A stretch of DNA of 38,435 nucleotides from Bellilinea sp. (GTDB lineage Bacteria; Chloroflexota; Anaerolineae; Anaerolineales; Anaerolineaceae): the NCBI GenBank assembly GCA_036514835.1, contig DATBWK010000099.1, positions 1-38,435 of the forward strand, given 5' to 3'. Position numbers and translations under genes: made by a program. The notes under the pieces are model-generated. The model had not been told where the DNA came from. It did no database searches and saw only the letters and a list, made by a program, of their open reading frames with translations. Below are positions 7,966 to 17,288 of this stretch, piece by piece (within the stretch, counting starts at the first letter, position 1; each line of letters opens with the position of its first letter).

Positions 7966-8022
7966 CCATATCCATGCCCTGGCAGGTCTCCCCTCCTGCC
8001 AGGGCAATTTTACGGAGGAATT

Positions 8023-8238
8023 ATGCCATTCCTTGATCTGCCTGCTAATTGGTTCGAAAATTACGAAATTGAATGCAGCCAGCGGCCGGCCGTAATTTGC
8101 CAAGAATGCCAGGGCGATGGTTATGTCATCACCGACGCTTCCTGTACTGATCCGGTACCGGATATCGACCGGTGCCCAACCTGCGGCGGAAGCGGTTTTG
8201 TTTACGAGGAGGCCCATGCCCAAACAAAAACAGCCTAA
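8023..8238 (+). CDS. small DnaJ-type Zn-finger protein
   Basis: CQECQGDG...CPTCGGSG; GGAGG RBS. Confidence 0.7.
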   Translation: MPFLDLPANWFENYEIECSQRPAVICQECQGDGYVITDASCTDPVPDIDRCPTCGGSGFVYEEAHAQTKTA

Positions 8239-8467
8239 ATTGACGAACTGCGAGCTGGTCGATGCCTACCTGGCAACCTGCTCCGAGGCAGACCGCGTTT
8301 TTACAGAAACGCTGCTGGCAAATATCGAAGCCAATTATAAGCGGCGCTCCGAAGAGCGCGGTAGAAACGTTCCCTTTGGCGCCTGGATGGCCAAAGATTT
8401 ATTAGGCGGACTGCTGCGCTGGAGTCTGCAGCAGGACGGCCAGATCTACATTTTTGGAGACCTATGA
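8216..8467 (+). CDS. hypothetical protein
   Basis: AGGAGG RBS before ATG 8216. Confidence 0.6.
   Translation: MPKQKQPKLTNCELVDAYLATCSEADRVFTETLLANIEANYKRRSEERGRNVPFGAWMAKDLLGGLLRWSLQQDGQIYIFGDL
8296..8311. repeat. parS-like palindrome (2 mismatches)
   Basis: CGTTTTTACAGAAACG. Confidence 0.55.
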
Positions 8468-8940
8468 AAATCCTACTGGAAGATAAAGACAATGCCATTT
8501 TGCTGGAGGTGGCGCAGCATCTAAACGTTGAACTGGCCAATCCAAAGCTGCTGTATGAAATTGGCCATCCGGCGTTGGTGGCGGTGGCTGTTGCCCTGGG
8601 CGGCGTTCAATGGTTCGAAACCGAAAGACAGCCGGCGCCGGCAGCATTGGCCATTGTGGAACCAGAGGCTGAATCGGAAGATTTAGGCCGGGATCTGGAC
8701 CTTCTGCCTCCGGACGAAACGGTCCGGGTGATTGTCAAAGGCAACGGGCATAAACCGCTCATTCTGGCGGAAGGCGTGAAAAGGTGCGAAGTTTGTGGCA
8801 GTCAAATCATTGGACGGCGAGCACAAGCCAAAACCTGTTCGGTATCCTGCGCGAAGGAAGCGAATCGGCGCAAGGCTGTTGAGCGGGCGCTAACCAAACT
8901 CCGGGAGGCCGGCGCAGCAGCCGAGTCCCCTTTAGCGTGA
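8464..8940 (+). CDS. hypothetical protein with C-terminal Zn finger
   Basis: ATGA coupling; CEVCG...KTCSVSC. Confidence 0.7.
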   Translation: MKILLEDKDNAILLEVAQHLNVELANPKLLYEIGHPALVAVAVALGGVQWFETERQPAPAALAIVEPEAESEDLGRDLDLLPPDETVRVIVKGNGHKPLILAEGVKRCEVCGSQIIGRRAQAKTCSVSCAKEANRRKAVERALTKLREAGAAAESPLA

Positions 8941-9155
8941 CCGCGCTGAAGGAGCCGGTTCAGCTGCTGGAAACGACACATATTAACAACGGGCACTGTG
9001 TTCTGTGTGGAAAGTCGTATGGCTACTGCAGCTGCAAGTGCACCGCTTGCGGCGCCAAGAAATGGACGCGGACCCGGTACGGTTGGCACCATCATGTATT
9101 TTGTGGAGGAAAGGGCAATGGAAAAAACGGCGGAAAAAATACCCAGTTGGGCTGA
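8937..9155 (+). CDS. small Cys-rich hypothetical protein
   Basis: GTGA coupling; CVLC..CSCKCTAC. Confidence 0.45.
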   Translation: MTALKEPVQLLETTHINNGHCVLCGKSYGYCSCKCTACGAKKWTRTRYGWHHHVFCGGKGNGKNGGKNTQLG

Positions 9156-9417
9156 GTGGAAGGCAAAAGCGGAGGCTAGATTTCGGGATGAAAATGGCCA
9201 TTTATTGGATCCTCCGATTCGGGTCATGATTGCCTACAATGGCCGGGCGAAGGGGAAGAAGAAGTGTGGCGATTGCAAGTTCTGCGTTTCCAAAGAGCAT
9301 CCGACCAAAGCCGGCCGGCATATTCTGGCCTGCACTGAAACCGATCAGAAAGATCGTTGGAATAAAGATTGGCCGGCCTGTGGCAAATTCACAACTCGAA
9401 AAGAGGAGATCAAATAA
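9118..9417 (+). CDS. Cys-motif hypothetical protein
   Basis: GGAGG RBS; CGDCKFC...C...WPACGKF. Confidence 0.6.
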   Translation: MEKTAEKIPSWAEWKAKAEARFRDENGHLLDPPIRVMIAYNGRAKGKKKCGDCKFCVSKEHPTKAGRHILACTETDQKDRWNKDWPACGKFTTRKEEIK

Positions 9418-11192
9418 TGACCCAAATTACCGAAACTGTCCGGCTGGTCCCGGTTGAGATCATCCAGGCCAACCCTTACCAGATGCGCGACTCGGAAGAC
9501 CCTGAGCACATCGCCAAACTGGCCGATTCGATTGCTCGGGATGGTTTGCTTCAGTATCCGCTGGCCAGACCGGGAGCCCATGGCGACCAGGTGGTACTGG
9601 CGTTTGGCCATTCCCGCCTGGCGGCTTATAAGCTGCTGAAGGAACGCAGCGATCGCGGTGAAATTATGTCTGGCGGCGACCTGACCGACCTGGCCAAGTA
9701 TCACCATATGCCGGTGATCGTGCGCGAGCTGAGTGATGAACAAATGTTCGTTTATGGCACCCAGGAAAACATTGCCCGCAAGAATCTGACCCCGGTGGAA
9801 GAGGCCAAGCTCATGCGCATTTACCGGGAGAAATTCGGCAAAACCAGCGCGGAGATCGGGCGGCTTTTTGGCATGAGTGAATCGGCGGTGCGAAACAAAA
9901 TGCGATTGGTCGATCTGCCTGAAGCGGCTATCGCCGGCCTGAATGAGGGCAAAATTACCGAGGTAGCAGCCAGGCGGTTGTTATCCCTGAACGATGTGAT
10001 CCCGACCCCTGTGATCAACGATCTGGCGAAGCACATTGCCACTACGGAATATTCCAAACCTGAACAGGTGGACAATTCGATCCGCACCGTTATTTTGGCG
10101 CAGAAGGAATCTATCCAGCTTTACGAGCCCTACAATCAAAGCAAGGACAAAGCACAAAATTTATTCATGCTGGACTGGCAGCCGGCCGAAACTTTACCTG
10201 CTCCCACCTACAAGCAATTCAAGCGATTCTTTCAGCAAGACCAGGAGCCGGTGACGATTCAGCTGCCGTCTGTGGAAGGACTGACACACATCAATGGCGG
10301 CATTTCGGTTGTTCAACCGAAAGAAATATTCGAGCATTTATACGTGGTATTTTTGCGTACGGAAGGAGAACAGCCCTCAACGGTTGGAAAACTGATAGCC
10401 GAAAAGGCGCCGGAAATGGCGAAGGCAATCAATCACCTGGCGCATCCGCCTGAGTGCAAAAAGTGCCCGTTCTTTGTGTCAGTTCAAAACGAGGGGATTT
10501 GCGGGCGGAAGATTTGCTTCGAGCGCAAACGCGATGCCTGGATAAAAATCGAACTGGCCCGCGTTTCTGCAGAAACGGGCATTGCCATTTATGATCCCGA
10601 GGTGGATGGAAAACTCTTCGAGGACGAAAACTGGGCTACTCGCGATCGGTTCAAAAAAATGTGGGAGGAGAAATCCCCAGATTTGCGCCTGAGAGGGCGT
10701 GTCTCCAAATGGGGACCGGATCAGCACACCCAATCCAGAGCGGTGGACGTGATCAGTATTTCCAAAGCCTCTATTGCCAGCCAAAGCAAGAATCAGAATA
10801 ATCTGGCATTCCAGCAGGAACGGGAACGGCTGCGCGAAGAACGAGAAAAACAAGAAAAAGAAAGGGTAGGCCGCGCCGCTAAATATTTAGATGCGGTCGC
10901 CTCGGAATTTGGCGGCTTTTTGTACAGTTCCCATAATGCGGGGACGCTCAATGTTTTGTGCCGGATAGGCCGCATTCGGCTGGAGGGCGAGTTTACCAAA
11001 GCTGATTGCTTGAACCGGCTGGGCCGTGATTTTGTCGGTACCCTGGTGGACTGGAGTATGCTCCGAGAAGGGCCGGCTGTCGTGGCAGACTATTTGATCG
11101 GCGTTGCGGCCGAAATGGGTATGAAGCCGAAGCTGGACCTGAAAGCGCTGGTCCAGGAGCTGGCAGAAGGAGCGCTGGCGCCGGCAGCGTAG
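9417..11192 (+). CDS. parB: ParB/Spo0J-family protein with long C-terminal extension
   Basis: NPYQMR..LADSI..GLLQ..GHSRLAA (GxxRxxA), ENIARKNLTPVEEA, HTH TSAEIGRLFGMSESAVRNKMRL; CKKCPF..CGRKIC in the extension. Confidence 0.88.
   Translation: MTQITETVRLVPVEIIQANPYQMRDSEDPEHIAKLADSIARDGLLQYPLARPGAHGDQVVLAFGHSRLAAYKLLKERSDRGEIMSGGDLTDLAKYHHMPVIVRELSDEQMFVYGTQENIARKNLTPVEEAKLMRIYREKFGKTSAEIGRLFGMSESAVRNKMRLVDLPEAAIAGLNEGKITEVAARRLLSLNDVIPTPVINDLAKHIATTEYSKPEQVDNSIRTVILAQKESIQLYEPYNQSKDKAQNLFMLDWQPAETLPAPTYKQFKRFFQQDQEPVTIQLPSVEGLTHINGGISVVQPKEIFEHLYVVFLRTEGEQPSTVGKLIAEKAPEMAKAINHLAHPPECKKCPFFVSVQNEGICGRKICFERKRDAWIKIELARVSAETGIAIYDPEVDGKLFEDENWATRDRFKKMWEEKSPDLRLRGRVSKWGPDQHTQSRAVDVISISKASIASQSKNQNNLAFQQERERLREEREKQEKERVGRAAKYLDAVASEFGGFLYSSHNAGTLNVLCRIGRIRLEGEFTKADCLNRLGRDFVGTLVDWSMLREGPAVVADYLIGVAAEMGMKPKLDLKALVQELAEGALAPAA
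10562..10577. repeat. parS-like palindrome (perfect)
   Basis: CGTTTCTGCAGAAACG in parB. Confidence 0.85.
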
Positions 11193-11211
11193 CAGTTTGA
11201 TTGATTATGAA

Positions 11212-11241
11212 AAATGCCCGTTGGTTTGACAGAGGGCATTT
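11212..11241. terminator. hairpin at end of the early operon
   Basis: AAATGCCC...GGGCATTT right after the parB stop. Confidence 0.5.
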
Positions 11242-11305
11242 CATAGATTTTATTAAGTGGTTTTAGAAATTATTTACTCGTATAATTGTTCTAAGATTGG
11301 CCATC

Positions 11306-11515
11306 ATGATTGAGCCGAATCGATCTGCCTCAGGGAATTTACATGACATTTCCAAATTGCTGAGCAAAAAAGCAATGCGTTTATTGCATCATAAAGTGGA
11401 TGCTTTGCAGCGTGAAGGCGGGTGGGGGGAGTTGCGCATAGAATTCCACAATGGCGATATTTACAAGATTTATTACACCTCCGAATCCATGACCAAAGAC
11501 GAGCCGGAAGAATAG
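11306..11515 (+). CDS. small hypothetical protein (YezD/DUF2292-like)
   Basis: GWGELRIEFHNGDIYKI motif; TATAAT at 11281; start uncertain. Confidence 0.5.
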   Translation: MIEPNRSASGNLHDISKLLSKKAMRLLHHKVDALQREGGWGELRIEFHNGDIYKIYYTSESMTKDEPEE

Positions 11516-11519
11516 ATTG

Positions 11520-11548
11520 TTGAAATTTAATTGAGTTCTGTCTATAAT
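11520..11548 (+). promoter_or_regulatory. late-operon promoter
   Basis: TTGAAA-17bp-TATAAT. Confidence 0.7.
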
Positions 11549-11574
11549 GGCTTTAGCTCGTCGGTGGCATAGTT

Positions 11575-11627
11575 CCCGGGGCGGTTATACCTGATGAATC
11601 AGGTATGCCGCTCCGGGCTTTTTGTTT
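11575..11627 (+). terminator. leader terminator before the lysis/packaging operon
   Basis: CCCGGGGCGG..ATACCTGA-TGAA-TCAGGTAT..CCGCTCCGGG followed by TTTTTGTTT. Confidence 0.7.
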
Positions 11628-11647
11628 AACCCCTCAAGGAGATTCGT

Positions 11648-12112
11648 ATGAAAAAGATCGTTGTGTCCCTGATTCTTTGCCTGGTTTTGCTGTTTGTGCT
11701 GGCTGCGCCCGTATTTGCTGCGCCCGTGTCCCAGGAGGTGGCGCCGGCTGTCGAACTGACGCCTCAGCTTTTGGGTGGAATTGCTGGTGTGGTCCTCAGC
11801 CTGGCGTTTAGTTACATCCCCTGGCTCAATGTTAAATTTGCCGAGCTGGCGCCCGAGCTTAAGCGATTGATTATGCTGGGGGTTTTGCTGGCAACTACCA
11901 TAACGATTTACGCGCTCAACTGCGAAGGGATCATCGACACTGGCCTGGCCTGTGATCGAACCGGGATTATACAACTGGTCACGATTTTTATCAGTACCCT
12001 GATTGCCAACCAATCCACTTACAGCTTGACCCCTTTACCTGCACCGGTCAAACTGGCAGCGGATGAAGCCAAAGAAAAAGCGCTGCGGGATGCCTACATT
12101 GGCGTTCCTTAG
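11648..12112 (+). CDS. holin-like multi-pass membrane protein
   Basis: Signal-like N-terminus plus about three hydrophobic helices; upstream of endolysin; AAGGAG RBS. Confidence 0.6.
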   Translation: MKKIVVSLILCLVLLFVLAAPVFAAPVSQEVAPAVELTPQLLGGIAGVVLSLAFSYIPWLNVKFAELAPELKRLIMLGVLLATTITIYALNCEGIIDTGLACDRTGIIQLVTIFISTLIANQSTYSLTPLPAPVKLAADEAKEKALRDAYIGVP

Positions 12113-12131
12113 TCAGGGATAGGCAAAATAT

Positions 12132-12614
12132 ATGCCAACCCCTGAAATCCCTGTGCCAACTGTGTCTATCTGGGACCAGTATGTGGTCACTGGAATCATG
12201 TTCGTGGTGATTGTTGCCATCGGATATGCGTTGTATCACCTCTTTCGAGCCTATTCTGCCTGGCAGACGACCGAGAACGATAAACAGCGTGTCTGGCAGG
12301 AAGCACAGTACGAAAAGCGTGAGACCGAGAGGAAAACTCAACTCGCCTGGTATGAAGTCATGGGACGAAAGCACGAGGAGGAACAGGCTCAACGGGACCG
12401 GCAATGGCAAAAATTCCTGCTGGAAATTTCCGATCAGCAAGCCAGGCAGTACCGGGAAAATAATGAGGTACTCGAAAAGCTAATTCGCCGGATTGATGCC
12501 CTGACAGAGACAATGACCTCTCATGACAGGGCATCCAAAGAGCGCGCTGAAGAGCTAGGGGATATTGCCAAGGATATTGCCGCCAAAGTCGTTCCGAAAC
12601 GGAGGAATGCATGA
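12132..12614 (+). CDS. TM plus coiled-coil lysis-cassette protein
   Basis: One N-terminal TM helix, then charged coiled coil; ATGA-coupled to endolysin. Confidence 0.6.
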   Translation: MPTPEIPVPTVSIWDQYVVTGIMFVVIVAIGYALYHLFRAYSAWQTTENDKQRVWQEAQYEKRETERKTQLAWYEVMGRKHEEEQAQRDRQWQKFLLEISDQQARQYRENNEVLEKLIRRIDALTETMTSHDRASKERAEELGDIAKDIAAKVVPKRRNA

Positions 12615-13510
12615 CTAACGCTTTAGGAACCGATCTCTCAAAGTGGCAGGATAACAATTCTACCCCCCAGATGGTCGACTTTTCGAAGATGGTCGCCGGG
12701 GGCGTTTCATTTACCGCGGTCAAAACATCCCAGGGCACCTGGGCAGACCCGGATTACGCCTTGAATTGGATCCATGCCAGACAGGCTGCATTGCCGCGCT
12801 TTGGTTATCACTACCTGGATTGGCGCTATGGGCCGGCTACCCAGGGGAATTTCTTCGCCGGCATGCTGAAGGCGGACCCAGGCGAAATCTCGCCGGTCGC
12901 TGATTATGAAATGCGCTCCTATAACCCCGGCCGGGCGCGGGCATTGGCGAACCTGAAAATTTTCATCGATGCAGCCGAACAGGGTCTGGGGCGGGAATTA
13001 ATGATTTACACCTCGCCTTCGTTCTGGCGGGAATTTGGTTCTCCGGATGATCCATTCTTCGCCGCGCGCAAATTGTGGATTGCCAATTATTATGTTTCAA
13101 AACCGGATATCCCGCTGCCCTGGACGCACTGGACCTTCTGGCAGTTTACCGACCTGGGCGACGGGCTTACCCTGGGCGCGGAATCCAAAGAGCTGGACAT
13201 GAATTACTTCAACGGCACAGTGGAAGAGATGCGAGCGTTGTTCAACATTGTCCCGCCTCAAACAACGCCGATTCCTGTTCCTCTTCCGGAACCCGCCCCA
13301 GCCGGGTTGGTACTGACCGTTTCTGCAGAAACGCTGAATTTGCGGGATGGGCCGGGTATAAATTTCCGGGACAAAGGCGACCTGCACAAGGGTGAGAAGT
13401 TTATCGTTACCGGGATTGCCGGTAGCCAGGCCTGGGCTTTTGGTCATACCGTAGACGGTCGTGAGGGCTGGGCGGCGGTGCAGATCAACAGCACGCGGTA
13501 TATGGTGTGA
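12611..13510 (+). CDS. endolysin, GH25 muramidase with C-terminal SH3b-like domain
   Basis: GTDLSKWQ, VKTSQG, GYHY, VADYE, IYTS, LWIANY, FWQFT, LDMNYFNG; Pro linker; LNLRDGPG. Confidence 0.92.
   Translation: MTNALGTDLSKWQDNNSTPQMVDFSKMVAGGVSFTAVKTSQGTWADPDYALNWIHARQAALPRFGYHYLDWRYGPATQGNFFAGMLKADPGEISPVADYEMRSYNPGRARALANLKIFIDAAEQGLGRELMIYTSPSFWREFGSPDDPFFAARKLWIANYYVSKPDIPLPWTHWTFWQFTDLGDGLTLGAESKELDMNYFNGTVEEMRALFNIVPPQTTPIPVPLPEPAPAGLVLTVSAETLNLRDGPGINFRDKGDLHKGEKFIVTGIAGSQAWAFGHTVDGREGWAAVQINSTRYMV
13318..13333. repeat. parS-like palindrome (perfect)
   Basis: CGTTTCTGCAGAAACG in endolysin. Confidence 0.85.
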
Positions 13511-14232
13511 AAATGGACCCGGGCGAAGAGGTAAAACCCTGGGAACGGCAGTGGTATGAGACCTCGAACCAGTTTCGAGTCTTCCACGAGTTTTACCTCA
13601 GCCAAGCGGCGCCGCGGTCGCTAGCGAGGGCCTATAGGGACTATTTAGAGTCAAAAAAGAGTCCGATCGAAATTGTTTCCAAAGAAGTTCGCGGATGGGA
13701 GGATCTGGTAAATACAGAGCCCGTCCGGGATATTGAGCCCAAGAAAAAACCGCTCAAACAGGCCAGTACCCGATTTAAATATTGGGCGCATGTACTGGAC
13801 AATGCCGGCAAACCGATAACGGGAGGTTTGACCTGGGAACAGCGGGCCAGCGCCTGGGACGATTATCTGGCAGAGGAGACCCGGTTAAAGTGGATGGCTC
13901 GGTATGAAGCGCAGCGAGAACTTGATTGGGCTGCATCGAATCAATTGCGCGACCTGGCCATAGAAACATTACAGGCCAGGCGGGTTGAGCCCGGAAGAAT
14001 CGATCATGTCGCCAGAGCCATCGATCTGGCTGCCAAGATCGGCCGGTTGGCGACCGGCGATAAGGTAAATCCGGATCAGGCCGAAAGTGAGGAAGACAAA
14101 TTTGCTGGACTCAGTGACGCAGAACGAAGTAGCCGAATTGCTGCCTTACTTGACCTCGCGCGAACGCGCAGAGCTGGACAAGCTGCTGATCGTGAGCAAG
14201 TTATGGGGCCCGAACGCCGGCGTACAGACTGA
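13507..14232 (+). CDS. terS: terminase small subunit (putative)
   Basis: KPWERQ..ET..F..F..YL....RSL...WEQRASAWD pattern; directly upstream of and overlapping TerL. Confidence 0.65.
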   Translation: MKMDPGEEVKPWERQWYETSNQFRVFHEFYLSQAAPRSLARAYRDYLESKKSPIEIVSKEVRGWEDLVNTEPVRDIEPKKKPLKQASTRFKYWAHVLDNAGKPITGGLTWEQRASAWDDYLAEETRLKWMARYEAQRELDWAASNQLRDLAIETLQARRVEPGRIDHVARAIDLAAKIGRLATGDKVNPDQAESEEDKFAGLSDAERSSRIAALLDLARTRRAGQAADREQVMGPERRRTD

Positions 14233-15649
14233 GGCTTACTTCTCCCCCGCAGAAGAGCTATTCTATGGCGGCGCGGCTGGCGGTGGTAAAAGCGACTTGC
14301 TGATCGGGCTGGCCTTGACTGCGCACCGGAAGAGCATTATTTTCCGGCGCGAGTATCCGCAATTAAAAGACCTGGCTTTGCGCTCCTGGGAATTACTGAC
14401 CGGATCCGGCGCCAAATACAATGGTACCGAAAAGATATGGCGCGATATTCCGGGCGGGCGCATGCTGGAATTCGGCGCAGTTCAATATGAACACGACCGG
14501 GAAAAATTCAAGGGCCGGCCGCATGATTTGAAGGCTTTTGATGAGCTACCCGATTTTACGGAAAATCAATATCGTTTCCTGACGGCCTGGAATCGCACTA
14601 CTATCCCAGGCCAGCGCTGCAGAGTTGTAGCAGCCGGCAATCCACCCACCACTTCGGACGGTGACTGGGTTACCCGGCGCTGGGGCCCATGGCTGGATGA
14701 AAAGCATAAGGATCCGGCTATGCCTGGCGAAGTCCGCTGGTTTGCCACAGTCACCGAGCGCGGTCAGGAACGGGACGTGCAGCGGGAAGACGGTTCGCCT
14801 TTCAGCTTCAAAGGGGATGAAATTGTCCCGCGGTCCCGTACCTTCATCCCGGCCAAGATCAAAGATAATCCATACCTGGTTGCTACCGGATATGGCGCGG
14901 TGTTGGATGCTTTGCCTGAACCGCTGCGCAGTCAGTTTAAATACGGCTTATTCAACCTGGCCAAAACTGACAACCCTATGCAGGTGATCCCCACCTCCTG
15001 GGTCAAGGCTGCTCAAGCGCGCTGGAAACCCGGACCGCCTGCCGACTCCCCGCTCTCCGCAGTATCTTGCGACGTGGCTCGCGGCGGTAATGACCAGACG
15101 GTGATTCCAGAGCGGCATGGTACCTGGCTAGCACCGCTGCATAAATATCAAGGGGTTGAAACACCAGACGGCCAGATTGTGACAGATTTAATCATTGCGA
15201 TATTGAACGGCCGAAAGGCACCGATCAATATCGATGTAATCGGGGTGGGTTCGAGTGTGTATGACAGTTTGCGCCGGCTAAAGCTGCCTGTGGCTGGAAT
15301 AAACGGGGCCAGTAAATCGGATAGGCGCGATCGATCCGGGCTGCTGGCCATGCGCAATGTTAGGGCAGCCATGTACTGGGGGCTGCGTGAAATGCTGGAT
15401 CCCATCGATGGAGAGAATATTGCTCTGCCTGACGACCCGGAAATTTTGGCTGATCTGACTGCGCCCCGCTGGCACATGAGCCTGCAGGGGATCCAGATCG
15501 AAGAGAAAGACGAAATCATCAAGCGACTGGGCCGCTCTCCAGACTGTGGGGATGCGGTAGCTATGGTTTTTTACACTGGCGCACACATTGACTGGGCCGG
15601 CCTCTCCGACCTGGGGCACATTGACGATTATGAATCGAGGTGGAAATAA
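14087..15649 (+). CDS. terL: terminase large subunit (start may be 14114)
   Basis: Walker A YGGAAGGGKS, Walker B AFDEL, GNPP, nuclease DVARGGNDQT...SPDCGDA. Confidence 0.95.
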   Translation: MRKTNLLDSVTQNEVAELLPYLTSRERAELDKLLIVSKLWGPNAGVQTEAYFSPAEELFYGGAAGGGKSDLLIGLALTAHRKSIIFRREYPQLKDLALRSWELLTGSGAKYNGTEKIWRDIPGGRMLEFGAVQYEHDREKFKGRPHDLKAFDELPDFTENQYRFLTAWNRTTIPGQRCRVVAAGNPPTTSDGDWVTRRWGPWLDEKHKDPAMPGEVRWFATVTERGQERDVQREDGSPFSFKGDEIVPRSRTFIPAKIKDNPYLVATGYGAVLDALPEPLRSQFKYGLFNLAKTDNPMQVIPTSWVKAAQARWKPGPPADSPLSAVSCDVARGGNDQTVIPERHGTWLAPLHKYQGVETPDGQIVTDLIIAILNGRKAPINIDVIGVGSSVYDSLRRLKLPVAGINGASKSDRRDRSGLLAMRNVRAAMYWGLREMLDPIDGENIALPDDPEILADLTAPRWHMSLQGIQIEEKDEIIKRLGRSPDCGDAVAMVFYTGAHIDWAGLSDLGHIDDYESRWK

Positions 15650-17073
15650 TGGCAAAAATTGATCTCTTCCAGGAAACGGGCTCACTGGGTTTGAAAACCA
15701 CCATGGGCTTTGTGAACGAGGCTTACCATGCGGATCTGCACTGGCCAGGCGTGCAGCCGCTTTTTTCAAGATTGCGCAGGGCGGACCCGGAAATATCGAT
15801 CGTGCGCCAGGTCTATGCCGCACTGGCGCGGGGAATCAAGCTGAGCTGGGAACTGCCAGACAAACCCTCAGACGGCGATAAACGTGCCCAGGAGTTTGCA
15901 GAGACGATGCTGCTGGATATCGAGGGCGGGATGAGTAACCTGGCAGAGACGATGGTCTCTCAGGTACCGTTTTTTGGCTGGGGCTGGTGGGAAGTGCTGC
16001 CTGGCGTGCGTAATCCGAAGTGGCGTCCGCCCGCTGAAGACGATTGGCGGTCCAACTATTCAGATGGATTAATCGGCATCCGGCGCTTTGCCTGGCGCGA
16101 CTCCAGCAGCTTCGATCATTGGTCGCTGGATGATGCCAGCGGACGATTACGGGGTATGTGGCAGATGGACTGGCCTAACCCGGCAACAGAGATCCCACTC
16201 GATAAATCGCTGCACCTCACCTTTGGGGATCCGCATAACCCGGAAGGGCTGAGCCCGCTTGAATCGGTCTGGCGGCTGGAACGGATCAAGTTCGGTCTGG
16301 AGGTAGTACAGGGCATCGGCTTTGAACATGCGGCCGGCTTCCTGAGCGTCAATGCCGAGGGTGAGATTACCGACCTGGCCAAAACTCAGGTGCGGGATGC
16401 GGCGCGGGCGATTATGACCGCCCAGGAAGGAAATTATGCGTTGTTTCCCAAGGGCTTTCTGGGCGAGGTCAAAGATATTCCTTTCCAGGCGGCCGGTTCG
16501 ATCCTGGAGGCGATCAAATATTACGGTATTCTCAAATTGACGTTATACAACGCGCAGTGGATGGCGCTTTCGGCCACCACCGGCGCCGGCAGTTACAGCG
16601 CGATGAACGATTCCAGCAGCATGTGGATCATCACCTACAATGCCATGATCGACGGCTTTGTCAACCAGATCGACAATCAAATCGGCCGGCGCCTGTTCGC
16701 CTGGAATGCCGGCGCTTTTCCCGGTATGACCCGGCGCCCGCGGCTGAAGGTCGAACCGGTTCAGAAAGTAATTTCATTGAGCGAATTGGGCAGCATTTTA
16801 GCTCCGCTCAAAGCAACGATCCCCCTGGGTGAAGAAGATTTCAAGGCGATCCGAGCGCGTACCGGGTTCCTGCCTGAAACGCTGCCCGAACAGGGAGAGA
16901 GCGTTTCTGCAGAAACGCCCGAGGAGGACAATACAGACGAGACCACGGAAACAGAAGCCGGTCTGGCGCAATCATCCGCTAAGCGTGTGCAACTGGCTAT
17001 GCAACGGTGGCGGGAGTGGGCCAGGGTGAACGAACCGGAAACCTACGCGCTGCTGCAGCGGAGGGAAAAATGA
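15649..17073 (+). CDS. portal protein (Mu gp29/DUF935-like)
   Basis: Follows TerL via TAATG with GAGGTGG RBS; ~474 aa; DPEISIV..AQEFAE..FFGWGWWEV..NPEGLSPL. Confidence 0.8.
   Translation: MAKIDLFQETGSLGLKTTMGFVNEAYHADLHWPGVQPLFSRLRRADPEISIVRQVYAALARGIKLSWELPDKPSDGDKRAQEFAETMLLDIEGGMSNLAETMVSQVPFFGWGWWEVLPGVRNPKWRPPAEDDWRSNYSDGLIGIRRFAWRDSSSFDHWSLDDASGRLRGMWQMDWPNPATEIPLDKSLHLTFGDPHNPEGLSPLESVWRLERIKFGLEVVQGIGFEHAAGFLSVNAEGEITDLAKTQVRDAARAIMTAQEGNYALFPKGFLGEVKDIPFQAAGSILEAIKYYGILKLTLYNAQWMALSATTGAGSYSAMNDSSSMWIITYNAMIDGFVNQIDNQIGRRLFAWNAGAFPGMTRRPRLKVEPVQKVISLSELGSILAPLKATIPLGEEDFKAIRARTGFLPETLPEQGESVSAETPEEDNTDETTETEAGLAQSSAKRVQLAMQRWREWARVNEPETYALLQRREK
16902..16917. repeat. parS-like palindrome (perfect)
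   Basis: CGTTTCTGCAGAAACG in portal. Confidence 0.85.
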
Positions 17074-17288
17074 GCGAGGTTCTCTGGGGCGACCGGCCAG
17101 CGCTGCCCTATAACGGCATCCCTACCGGCGAATCGCATGCCGGCCAGTGCCCATTCTGCTCGACCAGCAACCGCATGATTTTCCATGCCGGCGCCTGCCC
17201 GCGGATCAAGGAGATCGTTTACTATCCGGACGGCACGATCCAGCGGGTTCATCTCTACCCGGCGAAGGATCAGGAGAGGCGCAAATGA
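17070..17288 (+). CDS. small Zn-binding hypothetical protein
   Basis: ATGA coupling; CPFC..HAGACPRIKEIVYYPDGTI. Confidence 0.65.
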   Translation: MSEVLWGDRPALPYNGIPTGESHAGQCPFCSTSNRMIFHAGACPRIKEIVYYPDGTIQRVHLYPAKDQERRK

